Shown here: positions 54,701 to 64,000 of the stretch, in pieces
Numbering within the stretch: position 1 is the first letter of the stretch
Layout of the letters: each line of letters starts with the position of its first letter
Source of the DNA: Eledone cirrhosa
Lineage: Eukaryota
Length of the DNA: 64,000 nucleotides
Reading direction: 5' to 3'
NCBI GenBank assembly: GCA_964016885.1
Contig: OZ024740.1
Coordinates: 20,646,001-20,710,000, forward strand
Notes under the pieces: model-generated
Database searches by the model: none
What the model saw: only the letters and a program-made list of their open reading frames with translations
What the model was told of the DNA's origin: nothing
Translations under genes and position numbers: made by a program

Positions 54701-57700
54701 GCATGGTGTCCGACCCTCTACCAATACTGCCAATCCACCACCCTAACGTTGGTGTCAGACGCTCTACCTATACTGCCAATCTGCCAACCTAGCATGGTGT
54801 CAGACCCTCTACCTACACTGCCTGTCCACCACCCAAACATGGTGTCAGACAATCTACCTATACTACCAATCCGCCACCCTAGCATGGTGTCAGACCCTCT
54901 ACCAATACTGCCAATCCACCACTCTAGCATGGCGTCAGACCCTCTACCGATACTGCCAATCCACCACCCTAGCATCGTGTCAGACCCTCTACCGATACTG
55001 CCAATACACCACCCTAGCATGGTGTCAGACCCTCTACCGATACTGGCAATCCACCACCCTAGCATGGTGTCCAGCCCTCTAACTATACTGCCAATCCACC
55101 ACCCTAGAATGGTGTCCGACCCTTTATCGATACTGCCAAACCACCACCCTAACATGGTGTCAGACCCACTACCAATATTGCCAGTCCACCTCCCTAGCAT
55201 GGAGTCCGATCCTCTACCAATACTGCCAATCCACCACCCTAACATTGTGTCAGACGCTCTACCTATACTGCCAATCCACCACCCTAGAATGGTGTCAGAC
55301 GTTCTACCTACACTGCCTGTCCACCACCCAAACATGGTGTCAGACACTCTACCTATACTACCAATCCACCACCCTAACATCGTGTCAGACGCTCTACCAA
55401 TACTGACAATCCACCACTCTAGCTTGGCGTCAGATCCTCTACCGATACTGCCAATCCACCACCCTAACATGGTGTCAGACCCGCTACCGATACTACCAAG
55501 CCACCACCCTAGCATGGTGTCAGACACTCTACCTATACTGCCAATTCACCACCCTAACATGGCGTCAGACCCTCTACTGATACTGCCAATCCACCACCCT
55601 AGCATGGTGTCCAGCCCTCTAACTATACTGCCAGACACCACCCTAGCATGGTGTCCGACCCTCTACCTATACTGCCAATCCACCACCCTAGCATGGTGTC
55701 CGACCCTTTATCGATACTGCCAAACCACCACCCTAACATGGTGTCAGACCCTCTACCAATACTGCCGATCCACCACCCTAACATGGTGTCAGACGCTCTA
55801 CCTATACTGCCAATCCACCACCCTAGCATTGTGTCAGACCCTCTACCTACACTGTTTGTCCACCACCCAAACATGGTGTCAGACACTCTACCTATACTAC
55901 CAATCCACCACCCTAACATGGTGTCAGACGATCTACCAATACTGCCAATCCACCACCCTAACATGGTGTCAGACGCTCTACCAATACTGCCAATCCACCA
56001 CTCTAGCATGGCGTCAGATCCTCTACCGATACTGCCAATCCACCACCCTAGCATGGCGTCAGACCCTCTACCAATACTGTCAAACCACCACCCTAGCATG
56101 GCGTCAGACCCTCTACCAATACTGCCAATCCCCCACTCTAGCATGGCATCAGACCCTCTACCGATACTGCCATTTCACCGCCCTAGCATGGTGTCAGACC
56201 CTCTACCAATATTACTAATCCACCACCCCTACATGGTGTCAGACCCTCTACCTATACTGCCAATCCACCACCCTAACATGGTGTCAGACCCGCTACCGAT
56301 ACTACCAAACCACCACCCTAGCATAGTGTCAGACTCTCTACCTATACTACCAGTCCACCACCCTAACATGGCGTCAGACCCTCTAGCTATACTGCCAATC
56401 CACCACTCTAACATGGCGTCAGACCCTCTACTGATACTGCCAATCCACCACCCTAGCATGGTGTCCAGCCCTATACCTATACTGTCAGACACCACCCTAA
56501 CATGGCCTCAGACCCTCTACCTATACTGCCAATCCACCACCCTAACATGGTGTCAGACCCGCTACCGATACTACCAAACCACCACCCTAGCATGGTGTCA
56601 GACCCTCTACCTATACTACCAATCCACCACCCTAACATGGTGTCAGACGCTCTACCTATACTGCCAGTCCACCACCCCAGCATGGCGTCAGACCCTCTAC
56701 CAATACTGCCAATACACCACCCTAACATGGTGTCAGACCCTCTACCAATACTGCCAATCCACCACCCTAGCATGGTGTCAGATCCTCTAGCTATACTACC
56801 AATCCCCCACCCTTACATGGTGTCAGACCCTCTACCAATACTGCCAATCCACCACACTACCATGGTGTCAGACCCTCTATCTATACTACCAATCCACCAC
56901 CCTAGCATGGCGTCAGACCCTCTACCGACACTGCCATTTCACCGCCCTGGCATGGTGTCTGACCCTCTACCAATACTACTAATCCACCATCCCTAAATGT
57001 GTCAGACCCTCTACCTATACTACCAATCCACCACCCTAACATGGTGGCAGACCCTCTACCGATACTACCAATCCACCATCCTAGCATGGTGTCAGACACT
57101 CTACCTATACTACCAATCCGCCACTCTAACATGGAGTCAGACCCTCTACCTATACTGCCAATCCACCACCCTAACATGGCGTCAGACCCTCTACTGATAC
57201 TGCCAATCCACCACCCTAGCATGGTGTCCAGCCCTCTGCCTATACTGCCAGTCCACCACCCTAACATGGCCTCAGACCCTCTACCGATACTGCCAATCCA
57301 CCACCCTAACATGGTGTCAGACCCTCTACAGATACTGCCAATCCACCACCCTAGCATGGTGTGCGACCCTCTACCGATACTGCCAATCCACCACCCTAAC
57401 ATAGTGTCAGACCCTCTACCAATACTGCCAGTCCACCACCCTAGCATGGTGTCCGACCCTCTACCGATACTGCCAATCCACCACCCTAGCATGGTGTCCG
57501 ACCCTCTACCAATACTGTTAATCCACCACCCTAACATGGCGTCAGACCCTCTACCGATACTGCCAATCCACCACCCTAGCATGGTGTCCGACCCTCTACC
57601 AATACTGCTAATCCACCACCCTAACATGGCGTCAGACCCTCTACCGATACTGCCAATCCACCACCCTAGCATGGTGTCAGACACTCTACCAATACTGCCA

Positions 57701-60700
57701 TTCCACCACCCTAGCATCGTGTCAGACCCTCTAACGATACTGCCAATACACCACCCTAGCATTGTGTCCGACCCTCTACCGATACTGCCAATACACCACC
57801 CTAGCATGGTGTCAGACCCTCTACCTAAACTGGCCAACCACCACCCTAGCATGGTGTCCATCCCTCTACCTATACTGCCAATCCACCACCCTAACATTGT
57901 GTCAGACCCTCTCCCAATACTGCTAATCCACCACTCTAGCATGGCGTCAGACCCGCTACCGATACGGCCATTTCACCGCCCCAGCATGGTGTCAGACCCT
58001 CGACCAATACTGCTAATCCACCACTCTAGCATGGCGTCAGACCCTCTACCAATACTGCCAATCCACCACCCTAACATGGCGTCAGACCCGCTACCGATAC
58101 GGCCATTTCACCGCCCCAGCATGGTGTCAGACCCTCGACCAATACTACTAATCCACCACCCCTACATGGTGTCAGACCCTCTACCTATACTGCCAATCCA
58201 CCTCCCTAACATGGTGTCAGACCCGCTACCGATACTACCAAACCACCACCCTAGCATGGTGTCAGACCCTCTACCTATACTACCAATCCACCACCCTAAC
58301 ATGGCGTCAGACCCTCTACTGATACTGCCAATCCACCACCCTAGCATGGTGTACAGCCCTCTACCTATACTGACAGACACCACCCTAGCATGGTGTCCGA
58401 CCTTCTACCGATACTGCCAATCCACCACCCTAGCGTGGTGTCCGACCTTCTACCGATACTGCCAATCCACCACCCTAACATGGTGTCAGATACTTTACCT
58501 ATACTGCCAATCCGCCACCCTAACATGGCGTCAGAACCTCTACCAATACTGCCAATCCACCGTCCTAACATGGTGTCAGACCCTCTACCAATACTACCAA
58601 ACCACCACACTAACATGGTGTCAGACATTCTACCTATACTGCCAATCCACCACCCTAGCATGGCGTCAGACCCTCTAACGATACTGCCAATCCACCACCC
58701 TAAGATGGTGTCAGAACCGCTACCAATACTGCCAATCCACCACCCTAGCATGGCGTCAGACGCTCTACCGATACTGCCAATCCACCAGCCTAGCATGGCG
58801 TCAGACCCTCCACCAATACTGCCAATCCACCAACCTAGCATAGCGTCAGAGCCACTACCAATATTGCCAATACACCACCCTAGCATGGATCAGACCCTCT
58901 ACCGATACTGCCAATCCACCACCCCAGCATCGTGTCAGACCCTCTACCGATACTGCCAATACACCACCCTAGCATGGTGTCAGACCCTCTACCGATACTG
59001 CCAAACCACCACCCTAACATTGTGTCAGACCCACTAACAATACTGCCAGTCCACCTCCCTAGCATGATGTCCGACCCTCTACCAATACTGCCAATCCACC
59101 ACCCTAGCATGGTGTCAGACCCTCTACCTACACTGCCTGTCCACCACCCAAACATGGTGTCAGACACTCTACCTATACTACCAATCCACCACCCTAACAT
59201 GGTGTCAGACGCTCTACCAATACTGACAATCCACCACTCTAGCTTGGCGTCAGATCCTCTACCGATACTGCCAATCCACCACCCTAGCATCGTGTCAGAC
59301 CCTCTAACGATACTGCTAATCCACCACCCTAGCATGGTGTCCGACCCTCTACTGATACTGCCAATCCACCACCCAAGCATGGCATCAGACTCTCTACCAA
59401 TACTACTAATCCACCACCCCTACATGGTGTCAGACCCTATACCTATACTGCCAATCCACCACCCTAACATGGTGTCAGACCCTCTACCAATACTGCCAAT
59501 CCACCACCCTAACACTGTGTCAGACCCTCTACCGATACTGACAATCCACCACCCTAGCATGGCGTCAGACCCTCTAACGATACTGCCAATCCACCACCCT
59601 AACATGGTTTCAGACCCTCTACCAATACTGCCAATCCACCACACTACCATGGCATCAGACGCTCTACCGATACTGCCAATCTACCACCCTAGCATAGCGT
59701 CAGACTCGCTACCAATACTGCCAATCCACCACCCTAGCATTGCGTCAGACTCGCTACCAATACTGCCAATCCACCAGCCTAGCATGGCGTCAGACCCTCC
59801 ACCAATACTGCCAATCCACCAACCTAGCATAGCGTCAGAGCCTCTACCAATACTGCCAATCCACCACCCTATCATGGCGTCAGACCGTCTACCAATACTA
59901 CCAATCCACCACCCTAACATGGCGTCAGACCCTCTACCAATACTGCTAATCCACCACTCTAGCATGGCGTCAGACCTGCTACCGATACGGCCATTTCACC
60001 GCCCTAGATATGGTGTCAGACCCTCGACCAATACTACTAATCCACCACCCCTACATGGTGTCAGACCCTCTACCTATACTGCCAATCCACCACCCTAACA
60101 TGGTGTCAGACCCGCTACCGATACTACCAAACCACCACTCTAGCATGGTGTCAGACACTCTACCTATACTACCAATCCACCACACTAACATGGCGTCAGA
60201 CCCTCTACTGATACTGCCAATCCACCACCCTAGAATGGTGTACAGCCCTCTACCTATACTGCCAGACACCACCCTAGCATGGTGTCCGACCTTCTACCGA
60301 TACTGCCAATCCACCACCCTAGCATGGTGTCCGACCTTCTACAGATACTGGCAATCCACCACCCTAACATGGTGTCAGATGCTTTACCTATACTGCCAAT
60401 CCACCACCCTAACATGGCGTCAGAACCTCTACCAATACTGCCAATCCACCGTCCTAACATGGTGTCAGACCCTCTACCAATACTACCAAACCACCACACT
60501 AACATGGTGTCAGACATTCTACCTATACTACCAATCCACCACCCTAGCATGGCGTCAGACCCTCTAACGATACTGCCAATCCACCACCCTAAGATGGTGT
60601 CAGAACCGCTACCAATACTGGCAATCCACCACCCTAGCATGGCGTCAGACGCTCTACCGATACTGCCAATCCACCAGCCTAGCATGGCGTCAGACCCCCT

Positions 60701-63700
60701 ACCAATACTGCCAATCCACCAACCTAGCATAGCGTCAGAGCCACTACCAATACTGCCAATACACCACCCTAGCATGGCATCAGACCCTCTACCGATACTG
60801 CCAATCCACCTCCCTATCATCGTGTCAGACCCTCTACCGATATTGGCAATCCACCACCCTAGCATGGTGTCCAGCCCTCTACCTATACTGCCAATCCACC
60901 ACCCTAGAATGGTGTCCGACCCTTTATCGATACTGCCAAACCACCACCCTAACATGGTGTCAGACCCACTACCAATACTGCCAGTCCACCTCCCTAGCAT
61001 GGTGTCCGACCCTCTACCAATACTGCCAATCCACCACCCTAGCATGGTGTCAGAGGCTCTACCTACACTGCCTGTCCACCACCCAAACATGGTGTCAGAC
61101 CCTCTACCTATACTACCAATCCACCACCCTAACATGGTCTCAGACGCTCTACCAATACTGACAATCCACCACTCTAGCATGGCGTCAGATCCTCTACCGA
61201 TTCTGCCAATCCACCACCCTTGCATGGCGTCAGACCCTCTACCAATACTGCCAATCCACCACCCTAGCATGGCGTCAGACCCTCTACCAATACTGCCAAT
61301 CCACCACCCTAACATGGTGTCAGACCCTCTACCAATACTGCTAATCCACCACTCTAGCATGGCGTCAGACCCGCTACCGATACTGCCATTTCACCGCCCT
61401 AGCATGATGTCAGACCCTCGACCAATACTACTAATCCACCACCCCTACATGGTGTCAGACCCTCTACCGATACTGCCAGTCCAGCACCCATGGTGTCCGA
61501 CCCTCTACCTCTACTACCAATCCAACACCTTACCATGGTGGCAGACCCTATACCTATATTTCCAGTCCACCACCCTAATATGGCGTCAGACCCTCTAATG
61601 ATACTGCCAATCCACCACCCTAGCATGGTGTCCAGCCCTCTACCTCTACTACCAATCCACCACCCGAGCATGGTGCCAGAGCCTCTACCAATACTGCCAG
61701 TCAACCACCCTAGCATGGTGTTCGACCCTCTACCTATACTACCAGTTCACCACCCTAGAATGGTGTTCAACCCTCTACCTATACTAACAATCCACCACCC
61801 TAGCATGGTGTCAGACCCGCTACCGATACCACCAAACCACCCTCTAGCATGGCGTCAGACCCTCCACCAATACTGCCAGTCCACCACCCTAGCATGGTGC
61901 CGACCCTCTACCGATACTGCCAATCCACCACCCTTGCATGGTGTCCGACCCTCTACCAATACTGCCAATCCACCACCCTAACATGGTGTCAGACGCTCTA
62001 CCTATACTGCCAATCCACCACCCTAGCATGGTGTCAGACCTTCTACCTATACTACCAATCCACCACTCTAGCATGGCGTCAGACCCTCTACCGATACTGC
62101 TAATCCACCACCCTAGCATGGCGTCGGACCCTCTACCAATACTGCCAATCCACCACCCTAACATGGTGTCAGACGCTCTACCTATACTGCCAGTCCACCA
62201 CCCCAGCATGGCGTCAGACTCTCTACCAATACTGCCAATACACCACCCTAACATGGTGTCAGACCCTCTACCAATACTGCCAATCCACCACCCTAGCATT
62301 GTGTCAGATCCTCTAGCTATACTACCAATCCACCACCCTAACGTGGTGTTCGACCCTCTACCAATACTGCCAATCCACCACCCTACCATGGTGTCTGACC
62401 CTTTACCTATACTACCAATCCACCACCCTAGCATGGCGTCAGACCCTCTACCGATACTGCCATTTCACCGCCCTAGCATGGTGTCTGACCCTCTACCAAT
62501 ACTACTAATCCACCACCCCTACTTGTGTCAGACCCTCTACCTATACTACCAATCCACCAACCTAACATGGTGGACGACCCTCTACCGATACTACCAATCC
62601 ACCACCCTAGCATGGTGTCAGACCCTCTACCTATACTGCCAATCCACCACCCTAACCTGTCGTCAGACCCTCTACCTATACTGCCAATCCACCACCCTAA
62701 CATGGCGTCAGACCCTCTACTGATACTGCCAATCCACCACCCTAACATGGTGTCAGACCCTCTACCTATACTGCCAGTCCACCACCCTAAGATGGCCTCA
62801 GACCCTCTACCGATACTGCCAATCCACCACCCTAACATGGTGTCAGACCCTCTATCAATACTACCAAACCACCCCTCTAGCATGGTCTGCGACCCTCTAC
62901 CGATACTGACAATCCACCACCCTAACATGGTGTCAGAAAGTCTACCAATACTGCCAGTCCACCACCCTAGCATGGTGTCCGACCCTCTACAGATACTGCC
63001 AATCCACCACCCTAACATGGCGTGGGACCCTCTACCAATACTGCCAATCCACCAGCCTAGCATAGCGTCAGATCCTCTACCAATACTGCCAGTCCACCAC
63101 CCTAGCATGGTGTCCGATCCTCTACCGATACTGCCAATCCACCACCCTTGCATGGTGTCCGACCCTCTACCAATACTGCCAATCCACCACCCTAACATGG
63201 TGTCAGACGCTCTATCTATACTGCCAATCCACCACCCTAGCATGGTGTCAGACCCTCTACCTATACTACCAATCCACCACTCTAGCATGGCTTCAGACCC
63301 TCTACCAATACTGCCAATCCACCACCCTAACATGGCGTCAGACCCTCTACTGATACTGCCAATCCACCACCCTAGCATGGTGTCCAGCCCTCTAACTATA
63401 CTGCCAGTCCACCACCCTAACATGGCCTCAGATCCTCTACCGATACTGCTAATCCACCAGCCTAACATGGTGTCAGACCCTCTACTGATAGTACCAATCC
63501 ACCACCCTAGCATGGTGACCGACCCTCTACCGATACTGCCAATCCACCGTCCTAACATGGTGTCAGGCACTCTACCGATTCTGCCAATACACCACCCTAA
63601 CATGGTGTCAGACCCTCTACCAATACTGCCAGTCCACCACCCTAGCATGGTGTCCGACCCTCTACCGATACTACCAATCCACCACCCGAGCATGGTGTCC

Positions 63701-64000
63701 GACCCTCTACCAATACTGCCAATCCACCGTCCTAACATGGTGTCAGGCACTCTACCGATTCTGCCAATACACCACCCTAACATGGTGTCAGACCCTCTAC
63801 CAATACTGCCAGTCCACCACCCTAGCATGGTGTCCGACCCTCTACCTGTACTACCAATCAACCACCCTACCATGGTGTCAGACCCTCTATCAATAATGTC
63901 AATCCACCCCCCTAGCATGGCGTCAGACCCTCTACCAATACTGCCAATCCACCATCCTAGCATGGCGTCAGACCCTCTACTGATACTGCCAGTCCACCAC
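6677..64000 (-). repeat. 45-bp tandem satellite, ~1,270 monomers, running past the window end; derived from the SINE 5' head
   Basis: + strand consensus TA(G/A)CATGG(T/C)GTCAGACCCTCTACC(A/G/T)ATACTGCCAATCCACCACCC. I saw no foreign insertion in 57 kb. Copy number is the length divided by 45. Confidence 0.98.
18380..62520. repeat. Three tandem macro-units of the satellite (~18.38-34.70, ~34.70-46.57, ~46.57-62.52 kb)
   Basis: Identical variant strings recur at fixed offsets in the ORF track: 20671/36989/48856, 21570/37888/49755, 24631/41039/52861, 33573/45441/61399, 34112/45980/61938. Confidence 0.88.

Noticed and set aside
6669-64000. Very long ORFs (up to 1124 aa) of MVSDPLPILPIHHPS repeats, and antisense MLGWWIGSIGRGSDT repeats, resembling a repetitive structural protein
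   Set aside because: 45 is a multiple of 3 and the consensus lacks stops in several frames on both strands. Frameshifting 1-2 nt indels are frequent and are propagated in the macro-units. The unit derives from a non-coding SINE head, and there is no signal peptide or unique domain.
6677-64000. CRISPR-like array
   Set aside because: Monomers are head-to-tail with no unique spacers, there are no cas genes, and the context is eukaryotic.

Overview
This is eukaryotic (animal) repetitive DNA with no intact host gene. The SINE resembles, from memory, an abundant cephalopod family, so the host is possibly an octopus. Bases 1-1.7 kb hold the 3' part of a Penelope-like retroelement (PLE): an RT plus a C-terminal GIY-YIG endonuclease with one in-frame TAG, followed by a hammerhead-bearing pseudo-LTR (pLTR). 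Bases 1.7-6.5 kb are a patchwork of (TA)n/(CA)n microsatellites and long palindromes. Several palindromes are fold-back copies of PLE pLTRs from at least four families, each with a minimal hammerhead ribozyme. Two copies of a tRNA-derived SINE also lie here. From 6.68 kb to the window end runs a >57-kb satellite of about 1,270 45-bp monomers. Key observation: the monomer is the reverse complement of the first 45 nt (tRNA-like head, Pol III A-box) of that SINE, and the array is fused in register to a complete SINE body at 6521-6721. The satellite therefore appears to have arisen by massive tandem amplification of a SINE promoter head. The array has nested higher-order structure: 180-bp, 316-bp, about 2.1-kb and about 6-kb duplications, and three about 16-kb macro-units, the middle one with a 4.6-kb deletion. 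The long Pro/His/Leu-rich ORFs are artefacts of a stop-free 45-bp unit.
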